Shown here: positions 9,826-19,378 of the stretch, in pieces
Numbering within the stretch: the stretch's first letter is position 1
Layout: each line of letters opens with the position of its first letter
Virus record (IMG/VR): IMGVR_UViG_3300027782_000025
Span: 62,001 to 126,000 of that record
Strand: one strand, 5' to 3'
DNA: 64,000 nucleotides
Program-made: the position numbers and the translations under genes
The notes under the pieces: model-generated
Seen by the model: the letters and a program-made list of their open reading frames with translations, nothing else
What the model was told of the DNA's origin: nothing
Databases searched by the model: none

Positions 9826-10740
9826 ATGGATAGTATTAAATATAAAGAACTAATATTAAAATTCGACAAAAAAACGACTAACGCAGAATATAACGATGAA
9901 CAAATAAGTGAAATCTTAGAATCAAGTGAGACCGCCGAGGAAGGCGATTATCAAGAAGCTAAATATAGTTCTAATTATAAAGGATACAAGCCGACCCATA
10001 ATGAATATGTTTTTACAAGGAAGGGGGAATTTAAAGCCTTCAAGAGATACGACGTTCTTAAAAAGCTTCTTAAAACTGTGTCGACTAGACTTCAAAAAAA
10101 TGACGATGAGCTTCCTACAGAAGACGACAAAGCACTATTTCTAACGGCTTTAAAGCAACAAGAGCATATTTGTAGACATAACACTAGGTTAGTGTACATT
10201 GCTATGAAATACTATCTAAAGAAAAGAAATGTAGGGTCTAACGAGGTGCTTTATGAATCAGATGCTTACTATGCGCTTTTTCTATCGGTCTGCAAGTTCG
10301 ATTACACCAAAGGATATAAATTAAGCACATATTTTATGACCGTTGCTTTTAATCATTTTAAAACTACAGATCGAAATATTAGAAAACACTCTAACTGTAG
10401 TGCGGTCGGCTTGAACCCCATGCATGTCGACAAAAGGCGATTATACTCAGAAAATGGGACGACCTATAGAGGCTTGAATACGATAGAGAGCACAGAACTG
10501 AGACCTGAACAAAACGCCTATGATTCCGAATCATCAGAATACATCTCTGAAGCTCTTAATGGGCTTACACAGACTGAAAAGACAATAATTATTGATTTTT
10601 ATCTTAATAACACAGATATAAGGAATGGCCACGGCGCAATACGCAAAAAGTTAAATTTAAACAGGAATGCTTATAAAGTCTCATTAAAATCTGGCCTTAG
10701 AAAGCTAAGACAATACGATGTTTTAGAGCATCTTATATAA
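9826..10740 (+). CDS. RNA polymerase sigma70-family factor
   Basis: region 2 HNTRLVYIAMKYY...LSVCKFDYTKGYKLSTY; region 4 LTQTEKTIIIDFY...LKSGLRKLR; AAGGA RBS. Confidence 0.88.
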   Translation: MDSIKYKELILKFDKKTTNAEYNDEQISEILESSETAEEGDYQEAKYSSNYKGYKPTHNEYVFTRKGEFKAFKRYDVLKKLLKTVSTRLQKNDDELPTEDDKALFLTALKQQEHICRHNTRLVYIAMKYYLKKRNVGSNEVLYESDAYYALFLSVCKFDYTKGYKLSTYFMTVAFNHFKTTDRNIRKHSNCSAVGLNPMHVDKRRLYSENGTTYRGLNTIESTELRPEQNAYDSESSEYISEALNGLTQTEKTIIIDFYLNNTDIRNGHGAIRKKLNLNRNAYKVSLKSGLRKLRQYDVLEHLI

Positions 10741-12285
10741 TGGTAAGTTAAAATCATTTATATGCTTTGGCAATCTTGTATAGCTACTCATCAGGCGTAA
10801 GTATTCATCCGCTGCACACTTCTTTATCTTTATCTCGCCTTCGCGTATTATGCGATTGTAAGACTTAATATCGATATGTTTATCAGCACCTATCAAGCTT
10901 GGTATCTTGTAAAAACTTCTGAATTCATCGATCATGATTATTTCGGCATTGGTTTTACTCATTTTTTTGATGCGCGCAGCATACTCCTTTACATAGCAAT
11001 CGAAGACGTGGTCTGTTTGGATGTCATAGATGTTAAATAAATTATCGATGTGTTCTTTGTCATCAAGCCTATACTGTTTTAAATATTCTTCACCATAGTT
11101 TATTAGAGAATCACCATATAAGTAAAAACTATTTAAAGAATATAATATAAATTCATGAAGACTCGGCACCAAGCATACCACTTTTACGTCTTTTAAGGCA
11201 CAAAATTCATCTAATCTATTAATTAGCCGGTGCCCAAAGATTACATTCAAAGATGCTGTGTCGTCAGAGGATGCCTTGCAAACTGCTTCTAAAGAGATTG
11301 CTTGGCGATCACTAAAGTGGTGGCTATATTTCTTATAAAAAGCATCGATGGTTAAATCTGTAGAGTTAAACTCATAGATACTACTTGTTGCGTTTGTCGA
11401 AAATGCTACGGCGGTTGAAACGAGCTTTACGTGATCCTCGCATAATCCTGTCACAATAAGATGTAATTTATGTCGATGATGATCGGTCAAGATTTTTAAA
11501 ACCGATTGATTAACTCTATAGTTAGAAGCCTTGAAAGGACCGGCATAATGCAGTAGACCCTTGCCAAAGTTAACATGCTCAATATGCTTTATAAGTCCTT
11601 CATATCCGCTTGGGATCATATTACTTAGTACATGTCTTGGTTTAACGTTCATAACATCGCAATCTATAACATTATAATATAAACGTAGCTTATGAATTGC
11701 AGCTAAAACGCATCCTTGGTCAAAACACGAGATTAACGATCGGATCTTTGGATCCTTAGAGGCCATCCAGACATATTCTTTAATCGTGTTTAAAATTACA
11801 ACATCCCGATTAGGATTAAACCCTATAACGCCAGCATTGACGGCTACCTTTTCACGAGCAAATGCTACATCGATTTCTAATTTCGAATATAATTCTTTTT
11901 TATTAAAGCAAGCTTCAGGACTGAATTTATCAGCAAATAGTGTAAAATTCTTTTCTGCGGCTCGGATGATCTGACTGATATCGGAGATTACAACAATATC
12001 GGCATCGAGCCAGATATATGTTTCATTAGGATCTAACTCATCAAAAATGAATTCCTTACACCAAATGATCTGACCTGATTCAAAAGCCGGCATATTCGTA
12101 AAATCTAAGACTCGAATATCAATGTCTATGTGCCTGATCAAGGTATCATAATCATCCGGATTTAAATCATAAACAAAAAGTATAAAATGATTATCATGAT
12201 ATCTTCTGATAGATTTATATAATATTAAAAAATCTTCTAAGAATCTTGTAGATATAGCACTTACAAAACTAGCTTTGGTATCCAT
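10723..12285 (-). CDS. glycosyltransferase (GT-A, GT8-like) with additional C-terminal domain
   Basis: WLDADIVV DxD motif, VNAGVIGF, FDQGCV, LHYAGPFK. Confidence 0.8.
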   Translation of the reverse strand: MDTKASFVSAISTRFLEDFLILYKSIRRYHDNHFILFVYDLNPDDYDTLIRHIDIDIRVLDFTNMPAFESGQIIWCKEFIFDELDPNETYIWLDADIVVISDISQIIRAAEKNFTLFADKFSPEACFNKKELYSKLEIDVAFAREKVAVNAGVIGFNPNRDVVILNTIKEYVWMASKDPKIRSLISCFDQGCVLAAIHKLRLYYNVIDCDVMNVKPRHVLSNMIPSGYEGLIKHIEHVNFGKGLLHYAGPFKASNYRVNQSVLKILTDHHRHKLHLIVTGLCEDHVKLVSTAVAFSTNATSSIYEFNSTDLTIDAFYKKYSHHFSDRQAISLEAVCKASSDDTASLNVIFGHRLINRLDEFCALKDVKVVCLVPSLHEFILYSLNSFYLYGDSLINYGEEYLKQYRLDDKEHIDNLFNIYDIQTDHVFDCYVKEYAARIKKMSKTNAEIIMIDEFRSFYKIPSLIGADKHIDIKSYNRIIREGEIKIKKCAADEYLRLMSSYTRLPKHINDFNLPLYKML

Positions 12286-12286
12286 A

Positions 12287-13099
12287 ATGATCTCTATTAT
12301 TACTTTGTATTCTTCTGACCGAGCTCACCAGCTCCAGCAACAAGAAACCTTTATGATTAGATACGAAGACTGGCGCAAGTGCGAAAGGATTATTGTGCTT
12401 GACGGCGATGAGATTCCATCTTCGATAAAAGCCAAAGTCATTAAATATGATAGAGAAGGTAAACCATTCAACTTTAAATTAGCATGGGATATGGGCGTTA
12501 GAGCTGCAAGCCAAGAAAGGCTTCTACTGATTGATTCAGACAGATTAGTCGATAAAAGCTTTTTAAATGCCTCTAAGAAGGTATTAGATTATCAAATATG
12601 TTATCCAAGGCAGCTCAAAAATTTAACAGAACCAATAGAAGATATCGAAGCTTATGACATGAATATTAGAATAAAAGCACAATCTATATCACATCGATAT
12701 GCTTGGCAAACCGGTAGAAACCCAGCTTCTGGTAATATGGCTTTAACCTCTAGAACTTATAATCATATTAATAGAAAGATAGACGAGCAACAAATGTCTT
12801 GGGGCTATACAGATTTAGATTTTACAGAGACTGCACGGAGAGCTAAAATATCATTTAATCCAATTAAAAGCGTAGCGACACATTTAAAACATGAGTATAC
12901 AATATCTTCCGGAGCCTTCACCTCTTTAAATCTAAAAAATGGTATCGCTCATTTTAAGAAATTCGATTTACCATTGCCGCGCCATCTTAAAAATTATATA
13001 GATATTCATGATTTAGATGTTGACCTTATAGAAGCGATGACTTTTGAAGAAATTATGGCAGGCAAGCTTTATACAGGCGCTAAAAGAAAATCGATATAA
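12287..13099 (+). CDS. glycosyltransferase family 2-like
   Basis: ISIITLY start, FNFKLAWDMGVRAA, LLLIDSD, WGYTDLDF (WGxED-like); ATG 12287 (track TTG 12275). Confidence 0.8.
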   Translation: MISIITLYSSDRAHQLQQQETFMIRYEDWRKCERIIVLDGDEIPSSIKAKVIKYDREGKPFNFKLAWDMGVRAASQERLLLIDSDRLVDKSFLNASKKVLDYQICYPRQLKNLTEPIEDIEAYDMNIRIKAQSISHRYAWQTGRNPASGNMALTSRTYNHINRKIDEQQMSWGYTDLDFTETARRAKISFNPIKSVATHLKHEYTISSGAFTSLNLKNGIAHFKKFDLPLPRHLKNYIDIHDLDVDLIEAMTFEEIMAGKLYTGAKRKSI

Positions 13100-13890
13100 T
13101 TAATCGATAGTGACTTTTCGATGTGTTCTACTGACATTGATTCTGAATAATGTAATCTCTTAATGCGAGTCATTAAATTTGCTGAAACGAATGGGTTAAC
13201 TTGAGAATGATGTATCTTTCTTGAAATTACAGAAAATCCCAATAATCCAAACACTCTTTCATAAAACTCTAGTGGCAATACTACTTTTATATTATCCCAA
13301 GGCTTTATCCCCAATTTCATTGATTCGCTTGGTGTTAGAGATAAATGAGCGAATGCTAAATTAATTGGTGAAAAATCATGTGTACCATTAACCGCTGAAA
13401 ATGGATGCGTTCTTATAAAGATCCTACCATCGCTGTGGATTACGGTTTTTATTTCTTCTAATATTTCGATAAAGCCTGACAAATCGGTATGATCTAATAC
13501 ATCATAAAGTATCGCCAATTTAAAAGGTGCTAAATCTACAATCTTGGCCCAATCATCATAACAATTAGCGGTTTTTGTTTTAGCTTTGTCATATCCTACA
13601 GCCTTCCTGCCGGTACTATTTAGTGCAGCTATTAAATCACCATCTCCGCAGCCATAATCTAGCATCTTTACATCTAACGCAGCGGCCGGCAGCATAGAAA
13701 CCTGTTCGATGCCCCTTATTATCTTGGCGCCACTGACTACAGAAGCCATTTGGTCAAACTCTGAAGATCCACGAGGCCAAAGCTCTGAATATATGTCTGG
13801 ACAATCATGATTTGAATCGGTTATGTCAAAACCACCAGACAAGCCTGGTAGTGATTTTATAGCAGCGATTAAAATCTGTAATGTATCCAT
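13069..13890 (-). CDS. class I SAM-dependent methyltransferase
   Basis: MLDYGCGDG motif I, LYDVLDH, GRIFIR. Confidence 0.85.
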   Translation of the reverse strand: MDTLQILIAAIKSLPGLSGGFDITDSNHDCPDIYSELWPRGSSEFDQMASVVSGAKIIRGIEQVSMLPAAALDVKMLDYGCGDGDLIAALNSTGRKAVGYDKAKTKTANCYDDWAKIVDLAPFKLAILYDVLDHTDLSGFIEILEEIKTVIHSDGRIFIRTHPFSAVNGTHDFSPINLAFAHLSLTPSESMKLGIKPWDNIKVVLPLEFYERVFGLLGFSVISRKIHHSQVNPFVSANLMTRIKRLHYSESMSVEHIEKSLSINYIDFLLAPV

Positions 13891-13893
13891 AAT

Positions 13894-15018
13894 TTAGTTT
13901 AGGATGATCGACCATCTTACTATTATAACGAAATCCGAGCTTTTTTTAATCGGTGTCGTCAATATTCTTTGCGAAAACATTTTAAAGCCATCTCTATATA
14001 TCCCGATGGTATTTCCAGAGTTTGGCATCAAAATGGTACCATCAGAATTCGTAGGCGTCCTGTCCAGAGTTATGTCTCTTCCGCCTATTTGCTTATTGAC
14101 AACCAAATAGAATGGGTTTAATTGACCCAGAAAATCAGGGTTATTTTTAGTGGAATCATAAGATTGAAGCTGGATCTGATCACCTTCTTTGATAACATCA
14201 GGGTTTAATACCGATGGGTCCAGACTTATCGTAGCACTATCATTAAAAATTGCCTTAATTGGATTACCATCAACGCTGCCTGTTAAAAACAGCATCCTAG
14301 GATCACAGTCACATGTTCCAATGCTACCGATTTCTGCTGCTCCGACTAGAGAGACTTCAGTAAGCGTGAAATAATCACTGGCGGTAGTACCAAAACCATT
14401 ATATTCGTCTTTTTCAAGGGTCGTTTCGAACACGACAATGTTATTTATAGCTCGGACATTAGGCCCATCATTCTCGACCAAGGGAGACCCTGCTGGCTGG
14501 TAGGATGGCTGAAAATAAATTCTCTCTATTCTTTTTAACGGCCTTGATGGTTCAGATACAGGAATCGGATTAATTAGACTTCCATTTCTTAATAATTGAG
14601 TCTGCGCATTACCTATCGAACTATTATCAGTTCCTGAATTTAATGCCACCGGAACATATGCTCCTGTGATCGAATCATATGCATAATACCTTGCGTCAGC
14701 TTGATCTAGCGGGGTACCGTTGGTGTCAAATGAAGCCCCAAAACAGATGTATTTAACAGCTGATTCGTCGATGTCTATGCTATGAGTTACCCATTCTCCG
14801 CTGCCGGTACCACCAGTAGGGTCCCATACTTTAGAATAGCATAGTCTGTGCGACAGGATTTCTTTTGCAAAGATCTTTACAATATTTGGCTGCTTTATCT
14901 TTTCGATTGTTCTACCGCGTACGTCTCTGATCTCGAATTCTAATTCACCACGGTAAGTTCGGTAAGGACCTTTAATGGGGTGTTCGCCATATTGTTCAGA
15001 AAAATTCATCGTATTCAT
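13894..15018 (-). CDS. baseplate/tail-fibre attachment protein
   Basis: GELEFEI...NIV start, VVFETTLEKDEYNG...LTEVSL, MFSQR...IKKSSDFVIIVRWSI C-terminus typical of baseplate/tail-collar proteins. Confidence 0.65.
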   Translation of the reverse strand: MNTMNFSEQYGEHPIKGPYRTYRGELEFEIRDVRGRTIEKIKQPNIVKIFAKEILSHRLCYSKVWDPTGGTGSGEWVTHSIDIDESAVKYICFGASFDTNGTPLDQADARYYAYDSITGAYVPVALNSGTDNSSIGNAQTQLLRNGSLINPIPVSEPSRPLKRIERIYFQPSYQPAGSPLVENDGPNVRAINNIVVFETTLEKDEYNGFGTTASDYFTLTEVSLVGAAEIGSIGTCDCDPRMLFLTGSVDGNPIKAIFNDSATISLDPSVLNPDVIKEGDQIQLQSYDSTKNNPDFLGQLNPFYLVVNKQIGGRDITLDRTPTNSDGTILMPNSGNTIGIYRDGFKMFSQRILTTPIKKSSDFVIIVRWSIILN

Positions 15019-15026
15019 TATTTCAC

Positions 15027-15659
15027 CTATATAATAACGTTCTCAGTGCTAAATGTCGCGTTCGGTATGCGTCTGATGGAGACATAAAATAAATCGTTCG
15101 CATCTAACTCATTAGGACTAATATCAATAAATTTTTGGCTACCGACAGTGACGATAGACACTTCTCTTGGATCTAAATTATGCGTCACATTAACGGTCAT
15201 AAATATTCTACTATCTGAAAAAATGTACGGATACATATTAGATGGGATAGGGATTCTGAAGATACCGCTAATTGTAGATCTACCCCCAAAGACGACTTCG
15301 GGTGCTAACGATTTTAAAATAATAGTCGCTTGATTAGTGTACCAATCAGCTAGAGTAATGCTCTGGCCTTCAGAAGTCAATAAAATAGTATTAGCAATAT
15401 CTTGCCATTCATTATTAAAATATGCTTTTAAGGCGTTTTCATTAAGATCAAACCAAACGGTACCTTCGCTGTATTCCGAAGGCGATTGAAATGAAGCTTG
15501 GTGGGTTAATAACCCTATCAGATAAAGCCTTAAATGGTCATACCTTGCTTGAGTTCCAGGGGCTGGGTACCCATCATGCGCTTGCCCTGTAAGACCCACA
15601 TCAGCCGCGAAATCTATGAGAGGGGCTGGAAATCTTATTCTATAGTCAGGTAATGTCAT
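15027..15659 (-). CDS. putative virion structural protein
   Basis: 'EGTVWFDLNENALKAYFNNEW' fibre-type motif; in structural operon. Confidence 0.5.
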   Translation of the reverse strand: MTLPDYRIRFPAPLIDFAADVGLTGQAHDGYPAPGTQARYDHLRLYLIGLLTHQASFQSPSEYSEGTVWFDLNENALKAYFNNEWQDIANTILLTSEGQSITLADWYTNQATIILKSLAPEVVFGGRSTISGIFRIPIPSNMYPYIFSDSRIFMTVNVTHNLDPREVSIVTVGSQKFIDISPNELDANDLFYVSIRRIPNATFSTENVII

Positions 15660-16643
15660 TTAGGTGTTCCTAGCAATCTTAGCGCCGGTTTCTTCATTAT
15701 CTACTTTTAGTGAGTCAGGCCCGACTTTTGATACAATATCATTCACAGCGCCTTCTTGTGTTCTCAGAGATTCTTGTCTTTGTTTAAATGATCCTGGTGC
15801 TTCGCCGTTTGAAAGATCTATGCAATCAAAGAGCTCCTCCTTAAAACTGTTTCCGTTTTCTAGCGACGAGAGAGGTATCAGTTTTATCTCTTGCTTTGCG
15901 CCGGTAGTAGCATTAATTACGTGTATTACTAGAGACTGACCGTCCTTGGTACGCGACAATTCGAATCCACGGGCTTTCAATTTAGTTCGTGTAGAGCCAG
16001 CATCAAGAGCTTCTATAAATTGGTCGAAATATGCTTGTGGTTGGACATTCGTTTCAGTAGCAATGCCCTCCAACGCTTCTTGGAGCTTTAATTTAAATCT
16101 CGTAATTTTTTGAATAAAACCTTCATCTTCATTGCTCGGCTCTTCGGTAGTCTTTATAATGGCGCTTATTTTGTTAATCTTAGGAGCAGATGATACCTTA
16201 GGATCCTTAGACGCTAGTGTACTTCTTTTCTTATAGCCATCTGTGGGGCTCATATAAGTTTTATATTGTTCTTCTTTCACAGGCGCTACTTTATCGGGCC
16301 CTCGTCGATTACGCTTTTTATTACGATGAACTGGTGACAGATTGGTTTTATATTGTGCTTCGAATACAGCTTCAATTTTATCTCTAAAGTTCATTTTGCT
16401 CTCCGTTTGCTTTTCGTCGTTAATGCCCTTGGTATTCACTCTAAGACTGCAGCCATTTCTAACCTTTTTTATCGTTACTTGCTTATCTTTCGATTTATCT
16501 AATCTTCTAATTACAGATTTTACATGTGGTATATCACTGTTTATATTTAAAGTGGTAGCGTCAAGGTCAGTTATCATTTGACTTGTGCTAATACCATTCT
16601 CTGCACACCAAGCTTTTATGAGATCAATAAGGTCCATCTGCAC
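15660..16643 (-). CDS. hypothetical protein (possible internal head protein)
   Basis: 327 aa charged; several [ILV]-x-E-[AS] sites. Confidence 0.55.
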   Translation of the reverse strand: MQMDLIDLIKAWCAENGISTSQMITDLDATTLNINSDIPHVKSVIRRLDKSKDKQVTIKKVRNGCSLRVNTKGINDEKQTESKMNFRDKIEAVFEAQYKTNLSPVHRNKKRNRRGPDKVAPVKEEQYKTYMSPTDGYKKRSTLASKDPKVSSAPKINKISAIIKTTEEPSNEDEGFIQKITRFKLKLQEALEGIATETNVQPQAYFDQFIEALDAGSTRTKLKARGFELSRTKDGQSLVIHVINATTGAKQEIKLIPLSSLENGNSFKEELFDCIDLSNGEAPGSFKQRQESLRTQEGAVNDIVSKVGPDSLKVDNEETGAKIARNT

Positions 16644-16992
16644 CTGGGTTTGTGGTTTTATTCATGTAATTCTGAAGGTCCAGTGGTGAATCTGAATCCA
16701 TCTGAGATGCAATACCATCTATCGTTCCGCTTTGATCGTTAGCAATATTAATATATTCATCTTCTTTACGCTTAAGATAATCATATATTTTAAAAACCCT
16801 ATCGAAACTACCTAGATATTTTAAAAGCGCTTCAGCATATTTTATGTCCTTCGCAGAGAACGGATATGACTGATTTTGGCCGCCGGCGGCAACATTCTCG
16901 TTACTGCCGAACATATGAAGTGGGTCTATAGATCTCGTTTCTTGTGCCATTGATCCACCAGTTATTAATTGATCATTTTCATTTATGTTCAT
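16624..16992 (-). CDS. hypothetical protein
   Basis: 122 aa beginning MNINEN; ATAAATATA abuts the ATG. Confidence 0.6.
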   Translation of the reverse strand: MNINENDQLITGGSMAQETRSIDPLHMFGSNENVAAGGQNQSYPFSAKDIKYAEALLKYLGSFDRVFKIYDYLKRKEDEYINIANDQSGTIDGIASQMDSDSPLDLQNYMNKTTNPGADGPY

Positions 16993-17000
16993 ATATTTAT
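16992..17000 (-). promoter_or_regulatory. putative late promoter (ATAAATATA)
   Basis: TAAATATA at head of minus-strand operon. Confidence 0.45.
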
Positions 17001-17083
17001 CTTTTTCCTCAAATGGTACATAAATTATTTAAGAATCGGTAGCAAAGGACTACCATCGGCTGAGGCCGTAAAGGAAAATTCAC

Positions 17084-17803
17084 ATGAACCAGATCTTATT
17101 AACTTTTCTTATGCTGGTGGCCCAAGCGCCAGAGCCAAAAGTGACAGTTACACCGGCTGTATCGGTGCAAGCCTGCCGATTGTTAAAGCTATCTGCTGAA
17201 ACTAACGGAAAGCAGATAAAATGGATAGCACCTGCGAGTGTCGATCTTATAGTTTCCGAAAGCGGAAAATGGGCAGTATTTCAATCTCTTAAACCCGGTG
17301 TATTTCAAGTAGCGGTTTACACGGCTTTAGGTGATGTGCCCAGTGAACCAGCTATTATTACGGTAACAGTGACTGGCTCGCCAGAACCAACACCAAATCC
17401 AGATCCGGTGAACCCTCCGACCCCGACACCTATACCTGATCCTAACTCTGCAGAAGAGATAAAGAAGGACCCACTGTACCAAAGGCTAGCACCAATTTAT
17501 GCTGCTAGCGGTGATGCTAACAAGTTGGACCAAAAGAATAAATTAATTATAATTTATCAACAAGCGATTGTCGTTCTTCAGAAATATGAGTTTGGCTCGG
17601 CTTCTGACTTCATCGCACAGACCCATATCATAGCTGCTCAATATTTGGCCCCTACAGCCTTGAAGGCAATGAGGACAACTATCGGTGAAGAGCTAAATAA
17701 TATTTTGCCTACCGATCCTAATGTAAAATTAGACAAAGCTACTGTAGAGTTATGTCAAAAACAATTTACAAGAATTATTAAAATCTTGGAGACAATCAAA
17801 TGA
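17084..17803 (+). CDS. exported protein: signal peptide, beta domain, Pro-rich linker, helical domain
   Basis: MNQILLTFLMLVAQA signal-like; PEPTPNPDPVNPPTPTPIPDP linker; AAGGA RBS. Confidence 0.7.
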   Translation: MNQILLTFLMLVAQAPEPKVTVTPAVSVQACRLLKLSAETNGKQIKWIAPASVDLIVSESGKWAVFQSLKPGVFQVAVYTALGDVPSEPAIITVTVTGSPEPTPNPDPVNPPTPTPIPDPNSAEEIKKDPLYQRLAPIYAASGDANKLDQKNKLIIIYQQAIVVLQKYEFGSASDFIAQTHIIAAQYLAPTALKAMRTTIGEELNNILPTDPNVKLDKATVELCQKQFTRIIKILETIK

Positions 17804-18792
17804 GTGAATTTAACTTAGCTGATGTCGGCGGAAGACGCCTTATGAAAGGCGATTCATCTGAGAGTATATGGTCTTTTGGCTACATCATGCCAGAGGATCG
17901 TACCGACGAAGAAAAAGAATTCGACACCGAAGTAAAGTCCAAAATGATAGACTTCCAAATCACTGGCGCCCAAGAGCCTAGTGACAGGGCTTTTCTCTGG
18001 GAATGCGCAAAAGTAGCCAATGGCGGAAATAATTTTCGGACGTTTTACCAACAGACTGGTTCATGCGTCGGAAATGGTGGTGGCCAAGCGCTTTGGTATT
18101 TGTCAGCGGTAGAAGTAGTAAGACTAAGGGACCCAGAGCAAGTACTAATGCCATTTTGGCTCTTGCCATACGGCCGAAGTCGATATTACGCTGGTAGCCG
18201 AGGAAAAGGCGAAGGCTCGTTCGGATCGGCGTTTGCTGAGGCTATGCGTAAGGATGGCGTTCTCGAAGCAAACCGTGAAGGCCTGCCGCAGTGTACCGAC
18301 CAAGGTGGTCTGACATGGGGTAAAACCGCTGAAATGAATTGGAGCGATGGTGGAAAGATTGATCAAAAATGGCTCGATTTGAGCAGGAAACACTTGCTTA
18401 AGTCCACAGCTCAGGTAAAATCAGCTGTTCAAGTTCGTGAAGCATTGCTGAATTATTATCCTTGCACTATTGCCAGCGATTGGGGTGGTCATATGACGCC
18501 GGCTGTCCAAGGATCGCCTCCGGTAAGACTCAATAAAAGAGCCGATACTTGGATGCACCAAATGTGCGTCATCGGCACTGTAAATCATCCTACGCTTGGC
18601 TGGATATATTATATCCTAAATAGTTGGGGAGTTGATGCTCATGGCCAACCACCAGAGGGCGGTTACGGCGAACCACCTGGTGGTTTTTGGGTAAATGAAA
18701 GCGATATGGATAGAATCGCCAAGCAAGGCGACTCCTTCGCATTCAGTCAATTCGAAGGCTTCCCAGCCCAAAAACTTGATTGGACAATCTAA
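17800..18792 (+). CDS. papain-like (clan CA, C1-type) cysteine peptidase
   Basis: QQTGSCVG (oxyanion Q, catalytic C), WMHQMCVIG (H), ILNSWG (N); ATGA coupled to upstream gene. Confidence 0.88.
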   Translation: MSEFNLADVGGRRLMKGDSSESIWSFGYIMPEDRTDEEKEFDTEVKSKMIDFQITGAQEPSDRAFLWECAKVANGGNNFRTFYQQTGSCVGNGGGQALWYLSAVEVVRLRDPEQVLMPFWLLPYGRSRYYAGSRGKGEGSFGSAFAEAMRKDGVLEANREGLPQCTDQGGLTWGKTAEMNWSDGGKIDQKWLDLSRKHLLKSTAQVKSAVQVREALLNYYPCTIASDWGGHMTPAVQGSPPVRLNKRADTWMHQMCVIGTVNHPTLGWIYYILNSWGVDAHGQPPEGGYGEPPGGFWVNESDMDRIAKQGDSFAFSQFEGFPAQKLDWTI

Positions 18793-18801
18793 AACTATAA
18801 G

Positions 18802-18830
18802 AAAGGCGCATTCGAAACAATGCGCCTTTT
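18802..18830 (+). terminator. intrinsic terminator
   Basis: AAAGGCGCATT-cgaaac-AATGCGCCTTTT hairpin about 10 nt after peptidase stop. Confidence 0.8.
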
Positions 18831-18871
18831 CCATATTATAATATCCTATAATCCAACGCTATTGGAGTATC

Positions 18872-19378
18872 ATGATGCGAAACAACGTGCCTCTTATTCA
18901 TGAATTAGAAGAATTCAACAGCAAGACGCTAATTATAGAACTAGATCTTTGCCATTTTTTCCCTAAATCTCCTAACGTTCCAAAAGATATGGATCGATCT
19001 GTGGTTTTTGACCCAAAATATTACTTTGTAACATCAGGCGAAGCGATAGAAAAAATGAAGTTTATGCTTATAGATATTGACTTTAAACTTACACAGCTAT
19101 TAAATATCATCCTGAAATCAATTATGGGCTCTATAAAAGGCAAAAAACCAGAAGCATTGGCACATCTTAAAAGCGGGCAAAAGCTGCCTAAGGCTCTACT
19201 ACCTTACAAAACGTATTATGATTTTGTCGGCACATGCAAAAAAGAGGCTAAGATTCTTTTGACCTTATTAAGAAAATTCAGGGGAACTAACTGCTTTTTA
19301 GAGACTGAATGGGATAGTCACCGTTTATTGTGTATATCAAAAAATCCAAGAATGAAGGACGAGGTAGATGAAGAATAG
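18872..19378 (+). CDS. hypothetical protein
   Basis: 168 aa, GGAG RBS. Confidence 0.65.
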   Translation: MMRNNVPLIHELEEFNSKTLIIELDLCHFFPKSPNVPKDMDRSVVFDPKYYFVTSGEAIEKMKFMLIDIDFKLTQLLNIILKSIMGSIKGKKPEALAHLKSGQKLPKALLPYKTYYDFVGTCKKEAKILLTLLRKFRGTNCFLETEWDSHRLLCISKNPRMKDEVDEE

